Shown here: positions 23,068 to 36,070 of the stretch, one piece after another | Layout of the letters: the number at the start of each line of letters is the position of its first letter | Position numbering within the stretch: the stretch's first letter is position 1 | Source: Folioceros fuciformis | Taxonomy: Eukaryota | Length of the DNA: 64,000 nucleotides | Direction: 5' to 3' | Assembly: GCA_049999805.1 (NCBI GenBank) | Contig: JBNGIO010006109.1 | Span: forward strand, 1-64,000 | Program-made: the position numbers and the translations under genes | Notes under the pieces: model-generated | What the model was told of the DNA's origin: nothing | Seen by the model: only the letters and a program-made list of their open reading frames with translations | The model's database searches: none

Positions 23068-25845
23068 ATGCTTCAAGCACGACTTAAGTACCTGCATGCT
23101 TCCAACGGATCCGAGGACAGCTCCGACCCAGCGGATGACAAGGGGCCGACAGCACTTGAGACCAACTTCCAAAAACGCATCAGGCCTATGCTCGATGTCG
23201 TTGACAAGCTGAGGAGTCTTGGTGTGACGGAGGAGGGCATTGCCCTGCCTACCATCGTTGTAGTGGGAGACCAGTCTTCCGGGAAGACCAGTGTGCTTGA
23301 GTCCTTGGCGGGCATCAGTTTGCCCAGAGGACAAGGCATCGCAACCCGGGTGCCGTTAATTCTTCGGCTTCAAACAAGGTAAGGTCCGACACGGTAGAAC
23401 TGCCCGACTCCACATCAACGAGTCGTGAAGACCCCTGAAAGGAATTGACGTGCTCGTTGGCTGTGAGTGTGTCTGCAGCTCTGAAAGGGAATCGATCACG
23501 ATCGAATACGCAAATCACATACAGCGGATTGGAGAGGAGGATATTGAGAAAGCCGTGGTCCATGCTCAGAACGTCCTGGCCGGAGAGGGGAAGGGGATAT
23601 CCGACACCCCCATTTCTCTCCACATCCGGAAGCGCACTGCACCAGACCTCACTATGGTGGACTTGCCAGGAATTACGCGCGTGCCAGTGCAAGGGCAGCC
23701 CGAAGATATTTATGAGCAGATTGCCAAGATAATACGGCACTACATTTCTCCTCCGGAAACTGTCATCCTGAACGTTCTGTCGGCAGCTGTCGACTTCCCG
23801 ACTTACGAATCCATTCGGATGTCGCAGCAAGCTGACAAGGAAGGAGAACGAACTTTAGCTGTCGTGACGAAGTTGAGAATCTTGGAGGTTAGAATTACGT
23901 CCTCGTCTGTGCTGGTTTCGTCCCCTGAAATCCCTCATGAGGCAGATTGATGTTTGCAGGTGGACAAATGTCCAGAAGGCCTTCACGAGAAGGTGACCAC
24001 GGATGCCGTTAGTATTGGGCTTGGTTACATATGTGTCAGGAACCGAGTGTCGGCAACAGAGACCCACGAGCAGGCTCGGGAAATGGAACAACGTTTGTTC
24101 GATTCCCACCCTCTCCTGTCCAAGTTGGACAAAAGCATGATAGGAGTTCAATCGCTCGCACAACGTCTCACGCACATTCAAGCTGAAAGCATAAGACGAT
24201 GTCTACCTAAGATCGCAAATAAGCTTGAACAAGGTAGCGCTAGCCTAGCATGACTACTTCAACTTGGATGTTTATGTGAGGCTAACCACTGCCGTAAATC
24301 TATACGCTCCAAGCCTCAGAATGTTGACCTTGTCAGTGCACATTTGCTGACATCACAGAGCTTCTCAGCAAGCAGAGTCAAGTGGCAGAGCTGCCACGAG
24401 GGCTCGACGATCCAGCTCAGGCTGCCATGCTCTTTCTCAAATTTGTCACCAAGAAGACAAAGATCATGGAAAACATGATCGTTCAAGGAGATCTTGAACG
24501 ATTCGGAGAACAGTGAGCAATGCACTACACAGCTCGGCTTGACGAATTGTTTTCTAGTAAGGCTGCCGAACATGTGCAGGGATCTAGCAGGTCTCGCACA
24601 GATTTGCATTGTATGACCCTAGGCCTGGCAGCTGTGATCATTGCTTGAAAGGTTTTGGATATGCGGACTGAATGAAAAGAGTGGTGGTGGCAGAGTTCGC
24701 CGATTCGTTATCTCATCAGGCCCCCGACTTGATGAGTAGTGTGGACACGGCAGAAGTAATCAGCATGATGGAGGAGGCCAAAGGTGTAGGCCTTGTGAAT
24801 TTCCTGCCGCATACCGTTTTCCGGTATCTTGTTTGCAAGCAAATCAAACGAGTTGAGTTTGCTTGCTCCAAGCTTGTCAGAGATGCCCATAAATATGCCG
24901 AGGATACACACTCGGAGGCAAGCTTTCGTTCCATTCGACACACTTATTACGCGATATGTGAAGCAAAGACAACAGTTTGCGCAGGCAGAAGGTTCTAACT
25001 CCCTTGTCCGCTGCAACACAGGTGATCGACGGGTCCATACATGGATACCCAAAGCTCAAATCGGCGTGCACATTCGCAGCTCGGAATGTTATCCACAAGA
25101 GCGAAGACAACTGCCTGGCCTTTGTCCAACGCGCGTTGGACAAGGAGAAATGCATTTTGTTCACGAACAACCCCTCGTACATGGAGGAAGTGCTTCGGCT
25201 TCACAAGGAGAAACACGCTGAAGATACGGGGGACGCAGCCCCGATGACCCCCAAAATAAGCGAAGACGTCGTGAAAGGAACTTCTGGGAGGGTTTCCCTT
25301 TCTTTCCGCAGCCACAGCGGAGGAACGTGGGAAGGGATCCGAATTTGAAGCAGCCTGTCAGCAACTACAACGAGCTCGAGGTAACTTGCTGTACGAGCTC
25401 GAGGTAACTTGCTGTACGAGCTCGAGGTAACTTGCTGTCAAATTGGTTTAGATATCTGACGACTTGCAAAGTGACCCCGTTAAAATATCATTACAAATGT
25501 TGAGCACAAATGGCTGAAGGTCAGACATTGGGCTACCACGTCTTGCAGGCAGCATGGGACATGAAGGTGAACTTAACTTCCTACTGGAGTGTCGTGAAGA
25601 AGAGAATTGCTGACTCCATTCCGCAGGAGATCAAGTACTCCCTGCAGAAGGCAATGCTCGAGGACGTGGACTCAGATCTGATGCGGCAAGCATCGCAACT
25701 GAATTTCAACATGGCTAACATCATGAGCGAGGATCCAGCCCTGAGTCAGAAGCGGCAACGCCTCAACAAAAGTATCACAGTACTACAGGAAGCTGTTTTG
25801 GAAGTGTCCCAGATGATGAACAAGTCTGCGATTCCACTGCTGTAG
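23068..25845 (+). pseudogene. DRP4: Dynamin-related protein 4 (Mx-like) gene with apparent disabling lesions
   Basis: [53 protein letters not shown]...YWSVVKKRIAD, GED-like end; in-frame TGA 24514-24516; expected donor at 23873 reads TT. Confidence 0.8.
25371..25438 (+). repeat. 23-bp triplication spanning a 5' splice site
   Basis: CGAGCTCGAG|GTAACTTGCTGTA at 25371, 25394, 25417. Confidence 0.9.
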
Positions 25846-27608
25846 ATTTCCTTCGTGCAACCACAGCAGCTGTGGATTTTCGTCGGATTCAAGAAGTACT
25901 CTTGTATGTGAATTTTGATCTGTGTTTCGAACAGTGGATAAAATCTCATCGTAATACGCACATACCATTCCTCTTCAAGCCTCCTTTACAACCACAACGC
26001 TATGTAGCGTGAAAGAACTCCCCTCAAACTTGGGCTGAAGGAATACGTGTGTCATCGGACAAACAGAAACTGGTGGAAGCAGATGGGCAGTCACAATTTG
26101 AAGACCCCCATCTTACTGGCATTGTCCTTTCAGTAACTGTTCACGCACGATTCTCAACACAAAGCTTTGAATCTGATCTCTAATCACAAAAACGACTTTC
26201 ACAAGTGGCAGCGCTTTCCGAATTCTGGAGTTCCCATTGCGTTTCTCTTGCTTCGAGCCTTACTATATATGTAGAGGGTGCCGAAATTCTACAGCCGACC
26301 ATGTCTCCCCAAATGAAGAACTGGATGGCACGACGCGGCCAACTTGACCCCCAAGTACGTCCCAACCCATTCAATTTCAGCATGGGCAGGCTAGAGTCCC
26401 AGATTCACGACATTCAGCTGTGAAATTCTTGAGAGCGCACACACATTGTACGCTGCGGCCGTAACAGGTGTTTCACGATGACCTCTCAACCCACAGATCG
26501 GTCCGGGTGGGTGCGGCTTTGCGACTCTACTTTTGAACTATATAGACGGCAGCTAATTTATTTGGTGGGTGTTACACTGACCAGTTTCCCCCGATCTGTT
26601 CACGACAGGGCTGATGTCGAGGCCGGACTCCCAATTTCAAGCTTGCAAACGTACTGTACTGAAAGCCTGAACTACATTTCAAATGAATACATGGAGTTCG
26701 AATGATTACTGAGGTCTGAATGCAGATCTCGACGACGACTCACCGGAAATACAGACAAACATGGTGGCCATCGAGAGGCGTACTGCTCAACAACAAGTCC
26801 CGGTTGGACAGCACATGAATCCTGGTGGAGCAGTGGACGGTTCCAGCACATCCCTCAGATTCAAGTACAGATCTACCAAGCAGAAATTCAGTGAGTCAGA
26901 GCGTTGGGACCAACCCGTCCTTGGAGACGGGAGCTGAATCTTCTCTCGTACAGTTACTGGCTGAAAAAGCTCACGAATCCGAAAATTACAGTACTAGAAA
27001 TAAAAACATCGGAATTTGTCTGCGCAATAAAAGGTACCCAGAATAGACGGGGGCGCCGTTGACTGGAAACACTGGAGATCAAGAGGGTAACTTGCTATGT
27101 CTGGATCCGAAGAACCAAGTCCGGCTGCGCCCCGTTTCGCTTGCTCTCCAGAGGCCAGTGCGAAAACGTCATCTCCTTACTTCGAAATTCAGTGAAGCGT
27201 CGACCCGACACACACAGAAAAAACTTGACACAAACAACAGTGGATATTGCAATTGCACAGCACTTTTTATGTAAGAGAGTATTTGAGTTCTGCAAATCCT
27301 ACGCAACAGGTTCACACATAGTTGCCGCAAGAGCAATACCTGGAATCCCCGGGCACATCAAACTGCCTGCAGATGACTGGAAGGAATCCAGACTATGGTA
27401 TCTAGAAAATTACACCAATTCTTCAGACCGCCAGGGCGGCAGCATGCCTACCTTCTGAACATCTTGTTGCAGTTTATTTTCACCAGGCAAAGTTGGGAAT
27501 CGGAGTCTGGAGTCCTGATGATTTGCGATGCATGTCATCGTCTCTGAATAGTTGAAGTATACTCCTCGTCAATTTCCCTCGCACGCGCTTGTAAGGAAGG
27601 AAGGATGG

Positions 27609-28273
27609 TCAGATTCTTGTCTCAAGGTTGTAGAAATAGGTGTAAGCCTCAGGTTCATTCAGTTGTACATGCTTGCCGTCTTGATGATTCTCTTGCGCTC
27701 CCTGCTGATCTTCCTCTTCCTCCTCCTCCTCCTCTTCTTCCTCCTCCTCTCCTTCCTCCTCTCTCCCGTCCGATTCCCAGTCCCGTTCCCCGTCATCCTC
27801 ACAATCTTCTTCTTCGTCAGATCCTCCTGCATGTAGAAAGCTATGTCTGGTTTGAAGCGGGCAAAGTTTCACAAGATGCTTGCCTTGCTTGCATAGGAAA
27901 CACGGTTGAAACGCAGCTTCCACATCCCTAAATTGGATCTTCAGCGTTTGTCTGGCCCGGGCAAGTTCATTTTCGAGGATCGCCATTCTCGCCTTCAACT
28001 CCTCCATCATGCTCTGGCCACCATTCGGCTGCTCCTTCGTTTCCTCCTTCAGCTGCTGATCCCGTTCATAGTACCGGTGCGTATCTCCCCCATGCATGTG
28101 GACTGCTGCCATCCTTGTCTGCTGAAGCGATGCTGTCAACGAATCCATCCTCTGCTTCAGAATGTCTAGGTCCACCTTCACCTCCAGATTCCCTCCTCCT
28201 CCTTCAGAATCGCTGCTTGCTGCTGCTGCTCCACCCTCTGTCTTTCACCCTCCACTTCTTGGTCTCCTGAATC
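27609..28273 (-). CDS. Hypothetical coiled-coil + CCHC zinc knuckle + acidic-tail protein (possibly gag-derived, possibly frameshifted)
   Basis: 190-aa ORF with heptad stretches, CFLCKQGKHLVKLC (C-x2-C-x4-H-x4-C) at 27861-27902 and poly-Glu tail. Confidence 0.5.
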
Positions 28274-30365
28274 TGGTAGGACAAGCCAAGCACTCAAATT
28301 AAGCTTGCACCGGCACTAATACCAGTGGCAAAAACCGGGCAATTCTCACAGAGCGCCAAAGCCTCGTTCATGAAGCTGAAGGTAACTTGCAGATAGATTG
28401 TTGCAGAGTAGCGAGTCCAGAGGGAGCAAATTCGCTCCGAAGCAAAATTGGAAGGGAGTGGTTTAGTGGACAGGGTGGTGGGACTCATCGCACGCTTTGT
28501 GAGAAAAACCCTCCTTCCCCAGTTCCCATCTCTCCCGCTGTCCGCCTTGCAGGACACCAATTATTGACAAACACGTTTATCCAGAAAAGGTCTCTTCAAT
28601 TTCCAAAGCACTAGCCATTCATTCATTCCTCGCCCTGAGCATAAATGACGCATACTGCTGCGTGGAAGTTGGCGAAAGAACAATTCCTGTTAGTGTCGTT
28701 CACTTACTGATGCCCGTCACGGCTTGCAACGTTTTACAGAAATTGGTACTCACTTCTATCCTGAAAATCTTTTACTCGGTAGTCACTCATCACAAAACTT
28801 TCGGAACGTCGAAATTCTCTTTCGTGTGCCGGGCGGTGAACCAGAGGAACTCCGAAGTTAGTTAACGAAGGACGAACCTACTTCGTTTTGAGTGCTTGCT
28901 GGTGGATTTTGGGCTTTCTGATTTTTTTTTTTCTCTACTTGGATTTTAGTGTTCCTACCTTGAGCAAAGAGCACAGGTGTGTAGCAACATCAGCTACTCG
29001 TAGAATTTAAGCATGCGAATAATAGTTACATCTTCATACCCAACCATAAACATAAAGGCTAGATTCTTGAAAGATGCCCTCAAGGCAAGGCCACATTCCA
29101 TCTCAACTGAGGGCCTCTACCTTTCGACTCAGCTAATTGCTCCAACGTGTTTCTAATGTCTAGGGAGAAGGTGAAATCATTATTTTGGTGAAGAGAGAGG
29201 CCCGACAAATAGAGAGGGCTTTGCTTGTTTGTTGCTTGGTCATACTCATGAATTAATGGTGGGTTTCTTTGCTAGTAAAAGTAATGAGGATCGAATGGAG
29301 AGGGAGGAAATAGCAAGGGCTAATGGAGTGGAGAGGCAAAGGGAAAGAACTCCATGAGGACCCACCTTCATGGCAAATGGTGGCATTGAAGACAATGAGG
29401 CCAAAGGAAAAGAGGAGCAAACAACGATTTGCAATGGCCAAGAGAAAAACGATGACACTACAAACTATGAAAGGTAGAATAGAGGCAATAGAAGGGGATG
29501 GAGGAAACAGGGGAGCAAGCTGGTTATTAAATAGGGCTAGCCTATCCAACTTCTTGTTGCCATCTTTCCCTTTTTTGTGGTAGATGAAGTTTTCTATTTA
29601 GATTTCAAATAAAATAGACTATATGTTCTCTTATCTATGAGCATCTAATATATTTAATTAGTAAAGGTTCACCTTTCATTTTCTCCTCTTGATGTAAGTG
29701 CATTACTACCCATGATGCTATTCGTAATGAGACGTTTCTTATTACTTATAACATTTTTTTTTTCGGCAAAGTATATCTCCGAGAAGCTGCAATTGAAGTT
29801 ACACATACACATAAGAAGAGTAAAATCTGATGCGGGACCTCAAATTTATATTAAACATGCTATAACTAGAGTGAGGAGAAGCACCATTTCCACTCTAAAA
29901 TCCATCACGACCTGAACAAAAGTGAGAAAACACTTATCGAGTTAAACACAAGAGTAGCCCTTGTGTATATAATAATTTGACCAATGTACCTAAAAAATGA
30001 CGAAACACCGATACCTTCCTCAAGGACAAAGATGATTCCATAGCCCATCCATACTTGGACCTAGAAATCTAGTTATCCTCCACTCTTTTCGCTTAAACTT
30101 ATTAGAAGTGGCTCTTCTTAGGCTTTCACCTATAATCAGTAAATGCTTCAAAAAATGTCACAACGTTGCTTTGGTTGTCACCGGGTCCTTCCCACCATAC
30201 ACAACTGATGAGCAATCAAGCCAAAGGCAGAAAAGACAAGACGTCGACAACAAGCTCCACCACTAGGCTGGTATGCCACATGTTGAGCTGGTGTTGCAAA
30301 CTCCCGTCTTGACTTCCTTCACTTCTCTCCAACAAAGTGCTATTATATTCCATAGGTGACCAAGC

Positions 30366-30585
30366 TATTTGCAATGTCACGTTTTAAGTTATTTGCAATG
30401 TCGTATTATGAGCTATATGCAATGTTGTATTATGACGTTATTTGCAATGTCGTTTTTTGACGCTATTTGCAATGTCACATTTGATGGTATTTACAATGTC
30501 ACATTTAATGATATTTGCAATGTCACTTTTGACAATATTTGCATTGTCACTTTTGACAATATTGGCACTATCACTTTTGCCATTG
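30366..30585. repeat. ~24-bp minisatellite, about 9 copies
   Basis: TATTTGCAATGTC-core units at 30366, 30390, 30414, 30439 and onward. Confidence 0.9.
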
Positions 30586-30789
30586 CTTAGGAAGTAGTTA
30601 CATTGATAAAAGGGAATAGAGTATACTCTTTCTAGATAGGTCGCTCCAATCGGGTGAATCTCTACTCTTGCCTTAGTGGTTTTGGTGGCATATGTAGGGG
30701 TCACAAACTCATCTCGCAAAACTTTCTCATGGTCCAACGGTTTCAACCAAATGGACACACACGCCTAAGAACTCTAAGATTAAGCATTT

Positions 30790-31435
30790 GGCACTCATAT
30801 TGGTACTTAGATGGGGTGCATAAAGGCAACAATGCCCCTCATCAAGTACCTAAGTATATCATGGTACATGCTCTTAAGTACTAGTCCTAGATCCATACTT
30901 AGATGAGGTATCAAAGAGAGATGTCCTTTCGAGCTAAAGAGAAGGGATGCATATCATGGAACATGTTGTTAATTACTAGTCTTTTATCTACACTTAGATG
31001 TGGTGGCTGAAGAGAAGATTGCCCTTTAGAGTAAGTAACGAGGTAAGTACTAGGCCTAGAGCCATACTTAGATGGGGTGCCTAAGAAGAGAGATGACCTT
31101 TGGAGCTAAAAAGAAGGATACCCTTTGTAGTAAGTAGCTAGGTGTATTGTGGTACAAGTTATTAAGTTCTAGTCCCACCTCGATGCTTAGATGACATGCA
31201 AATGAGAAGGGTGCCTTTTGGAGTAAGGTCTCATGTAAGTACTAGTACTAGATCCCTACTTAGATGGAGTGCTTAAGGAGAGAAATGCTCTTTAAAGACA
31301 AAGAAAAGGATGCCCTTTGGAGTAAGTAGCTAGGTAAGCACTAGTGCTAGAGCCATGTTTAGATAGGGTGCCTAAAGACAAATGATCTTTGCAATAAGTA
31401 GCTAAGTATATCGTGGACATGTTGTTAAGTAATAG
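30790..31435. repeat. Degenerate ~200-bp-scale repeats, probable transposon interior
   Basis: Recurrent AAGTACTAG...CTAGA.CCATACTTAGATG...AAGAGAGATG blocks near 30878, 31045, 31237, 31335. Confidence 0.65.
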
Positions 31436-31452
31436 GCCCATCCTAATACAAT

Positions 31453-31725
31453 GAGGTGCCTAAAGATAAGAATGAGGGGTTTAAAGATAAGATACCAAAC
31501 TTTGCCCGAGGTGCCTAAAGATAAGGAAGAGGTATGTAAAGATAAGATACCAAATTTCGCCTGAGGCGCCTAAAGATAAGGATGAGGTACGTAAAGATAA
31601 GGGACCAAACTTCGCTTGAGGTGTCCAAAGATAAGATACCAAAATTCATCTTGAGTAAACTTTAATAGATGTCTCCTAAACATACGAATGAGGTGCCTAA
31701 AGATACCTAAAGATAAAGGATACCA
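31453..31725. repeat. 55-bp tandem repeat with nested TAAAGATAAG doublet
   Basis: GAGGTGCCTAAAGATAAG-type starts at 31453, 31508, 31563, 31618, then partial copies. Confidence 0.88.
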
Positions 31726-32522
31726 ATATTTGCCTTTAACATACTTTAATAGAAATCTCTTTATGTTGTTCTATAATTGTTCTTTCCTAGAAGCAAAAGT
31801 TATGATTTTATTTAGGTCCAATGATAAAACCTCAATCCAAATTACATGACTAATTACTACAACAATAATAATAAATATTTATTATAAATAACATAACATG
31901 ATGTAGTATTTTATTATCTATGAAACTGACTTATACACTGAACTCTATCCATAAAACAAGATTATCTTTAAAAACAAATGTCATTAAAAAAAAGGATCAT
32001 CTTCAAAAACAAAAGTATCTTATGAGATAAAGAGACAATTCATTCCTATGCATAGGACTCCCGAAATAAGATGAGATAAAGGTGCCATTCATTCCTACGC
32101 ATGCGACTCCTGAAAAATGCACGTGGAGAAAGCATTCGAACTGACAATTGCCAGAGTGGACTTAAAGAGCCTCCCCGAAAATCACATGAACCAAGAATTG
32201 AATATTCTCCAGCTAACCTGAGTCTCCAGTCCCCGCCCACTTCCCGCCCTAGGTTCCAAGACATTCCATGCTAGGACTTTTTGGACAAACCAGCGTGATC
32301 CGCCCAAAATTCCTTCCACCTTATTCACTATAACATTCACAAGGGCGAGATGACTCCGCGCGCCTTAAGAGCCTTCTTCAGCTACTCCTAATGAAAAACG
32401 TCCACCGATCAGTTCATAGTCCCTTCAGACTGTCGTGTGGCGGCAGCATACTTATGCCGAACGCGACACGGGACCTACATTCCGCAACCCACAGAAAAAA
32501 CCACTCACCAACAGAGAGGACG

Positions 32523-35500
32523 TCACGGTGAGGTAGAGGACCCGTCGTATTGGAGGCGAATACGAGAGGCCCATGAACTACGCTCTGGGGTCCAGTCGTC
32601 CTCGCTCGCGTGTGCGAGGGCAGCTAACCTCGAAATGTAGAGAGCCTGATTGACGGGGTTATCCAGGGGGAGATCATCAAGAGAGCCACCATCTTCATCT
32701 TCTTCATCTGAATTGCTGACATTAACTTCTGTATGCGGCGACAGCATCCGAGCGGACACCACACGCAAGGCTTCAGCAGCATCCTCGTCTTTCCCACAGT
32801 TGATGTAACCGTTCACCACTTGCAAGCAAGAGTGATTGTTTGGTTGTACACCCGCACACCGCATGTCCTCTATCAAAAACTCGGTCAGGTCAATCCGCTT
32901 CTGCATGCACACAAATCACATCAGGGCCACATCCTGTTCATAGTAATGATCCCTCGAGAACGGAGCTGTATTTGAACTAACATGATAGGCTGCCGATGAG
33001 AGGAGTGTGTTGTATGTCCCGACATCAGGGTGTACATCATGTGACCTCATAGTATTCAGCATGTTTACGCCAGCATCCAACTCTCCGGAATGGCAAGTCA
33101 CCTGACACACAAGAAGTAGCCACTCAAAGCCTCGACAGAGTAGCATCACTTAACTTGCATTCAGAAGCGCATTTGCAACCACACTCTCTCACCGTTTCTG
33201 TACCTTAATAAGAGTGTTGTAGGTTACAAGGTCTGGCTTGATGCCTTCCCGTTGCATGGCATCCACTAGCTCGAACGCCCGTGAGAGAGATTTCTTGTAA
33301 GAACACACATCAATCAGGATGTTGTACGTTTCCCTGTCCGGGATTACTCCCAAAGATCTCATTTCAGAGTATATTTCCAGAGCTGCATCCAGCTGGCAAG
33401 GACACGGTCTTTAGTACCAGCCGCCGTTCACATGTGTCACAGTATCAAAACAGGAGCCCGTCCAGTACCTGCTGCGCTTTTACGCACCCATGCATGGCTG
33501 CATTGTAGGACGTGGCATCCAACATACTGCTGGAGGAGGATCTGAAAGCCCGAAGACGTTGCATAAGAAGTTCTAGCATACCTTCATCTCCAAGCACTTT
33601 CATCTGTTTGCACAAAAGAAGACTCACATGAGAGCCAGGCACAGGTTCCTTACGATTGGGGAGGGGTAACACAAGACCGTATCCTCCAAAAAACGTCTAA
33701 CACACCTTACTCGACACTAACCAGGGCAGAGACTGATCTGGGAGTGTGCTGGACTCCAGAACGAGCCATATATGTCTCGATGGCAATCAATCGTTGAACT
33801 ACTTGGTGCCTGGACCAGCTAGCGTCTCTCTCGATGACCAAATTCACGTTTCCACAGACGCCTAGCAGAGCTATGTACGTACAAGTATCAGGTGCGACAT
33901 TTTCTTCTTTCATCCTTGAAAAAATCCGAAGTGCTCGTTCTGGATCATCCTGCACAATGACTTTGATCACTTCCCCTCTCATCTACTTGCAGGCCGACGA
34001 TGCAGAGAGTAGAAGTACTTACTTTCCTAACACATGCTTTAAGGAGCATATTATATGTGAACCTGGAAGGCCACTGACTGGGCCTGCCTTCTTGCATTGT
34101 GTAAAGCAAAGACTCCGCCTTGTCAAGTTCGTCCTCCTCACAGTATCCATTTAGAAGTGCAGTAAACGAACACGTGTCCGGTGTAACTCCTGTTGCTTCC
34201 ATACTTCGAATCTGCGGTAAAAATCCGTGACCTGACCCCAATATACAATCAAATCACAAATGATGGGACCAGCATGATCCTAAATGTTCCTCACATAGGA
34301 AGATCAGCCCCAGACGTTTCCAGAAAATTAGGGAGCTTACAATTCTTAAGCCATGGTGCACCCCTCGTCCTTTGACAACAGCCCTCAAAAGAGCATTGTA
34401 TGTGTAGATACTCAATCTCAGGCCTAAGTGTCGCATCTGTGAATGTTGATCAAGCCCATGGTTAATTCAGCGCTTGCTGTCAGGATATCTGCAGGTCGAG
34501 TTGAAAGCAATACCACACCAGCAAATACAGAATCTGACAGCATGCTGGCGTCCAACTCATTTAGTGCTTCTGTTACGGGTACCTCTGAAAACAAGGATTC
34601 AGCAACCAAAAACTCTCCACCATGCCCAGCTGCATTAATAAGGGCATTCATAGAATCCTGCAACTCCTTTCGCACTTCCCACCCCTCGAAACCCTTCAAG
34701 TTCTCATAAGCCTCCTGAGAACATTCCAGAATTCTCTTACTCCACTGTGCTCTGTCCGCCATTGCTGTGTCCACCTTCAATTGCTTGCTTACATCATTGG
34801 ATCGAGATAAAACCCTGACAGCGTCTGAGACAATGCGTAGCTTTTTGCCTGGAAGGCGTGTGCAGATTTTGTTCTGAACGACAGCATCTGACATGTCTTT
34901 CATAGCTGCTAAAGCTTCGGTTAATGACTTTGTTCGGCACAGGGCTACAACAAGGACACACCGAGAAGAGGGACTTGGTTCACAAATCTTTACAAGTTCC
35001 TCCCACCACTGACTGATCCCATCAAAGTCTTGAAGCAACCCTGAAAGCTGTGCCCAGACCACAGCACGGCAACTAATACAGGTCAATTTTGAGTCAATAG
35101 ACTGAAAGGCAAAGGCGAGACAGCACGGCAGAAGAAAAACCTACCTTCATGAGTTCCACGTAGGTCATCTCGTCGCCCTGCACACCTGTCTCACTCATCA
35201 CTTTCAAGCATCTATCCGCCAAAAGCTTGTTTTTGGCATGAAAACACCCGTTGAGCACAATGTTGCACATTATGGTATTTGGTAGCACTAATCTTTCGCC
35301 CTTGCCAAGTGACTCCAGCAAAAACACTGCCTGCATGAAATCCATTAGGTTGCCGTACGGCAATGATGGATCAAACAACAAGGTAGCCATTGAAGAACCG
35401 ACAGGCACCTCATTCACTTGATTGTCTCGGCAAAGGGCACGAAGGAAGCAAGCATAAGATACTTCATTCATTGTGACCCCCTCCTGTAACATATAGGCAC

Positions 35501-36070
35501 AAACAAGCTTTGCAATCTGCAATCAAGTGTAGAGATGAATGATCAGGTTGCTGATTACACGACAGGGAGGGTAACCCTCTGAAGTAGATTAGCACGCCAC
35601 TAAAGTACCTTAGAATTGCATGAGATTGCACAGCTGTTCAGAATGTAGTTGCAAAAGACAGCTGATGGCGCCTCCTGTAGGGCAGGGAAAGACTGTATGA
35701 GCTTAGCAGCGACATCTTCTTGCCCAAGCTTGACGGCGTTGGAGACTTGCCGAGATATCTTGGAGACACTTGTCCCATCTGCATTTCCTGTCATACACCA
35801 AAACTAGAGCCACTGAAAATCCTTCCAACAACAAATTGCCCACAAACACCAGGGGCAGAGATCAAATTTGACTTTTTAATCTTGTTGGTTAACAGGTCTG
35901 GAACAGAATGGAGGAAAACTCCGAGAATAACCTGTCGGCAGAGAACATGAAGAGAAGACACGAATACGTGGCGCTGCTGGGGACTTTCCTGCACACGGGA
36001 CACTCCAGAAAGCACATGATGCCCTAAAACAAGACAGCCGCTCCCACACAAACAGCCTCCAGCGCACCAT
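32523..36070 (-). CDS. Multi-exon P-class PPR protein (At1g76280-like, probably mitochondrial); start uncertain
   Basis: PPR fragments in successive exons (CNYILNSC, CNIVLNGC, TYNALLRAV, FTALLNGYC, YNAAMHGC, YNTLLSSA); C-terminal WTPERSSWASRI resembles that family as recalled. Confidence 0.82.

Noticed and set aside
24514..24516. Stop repaired by U-to-C editing or read as selenocysteine
   Set aside because: Such editing is established only for organellar transcripts, land plants lack the Sec system, and independent lesions favour decay.
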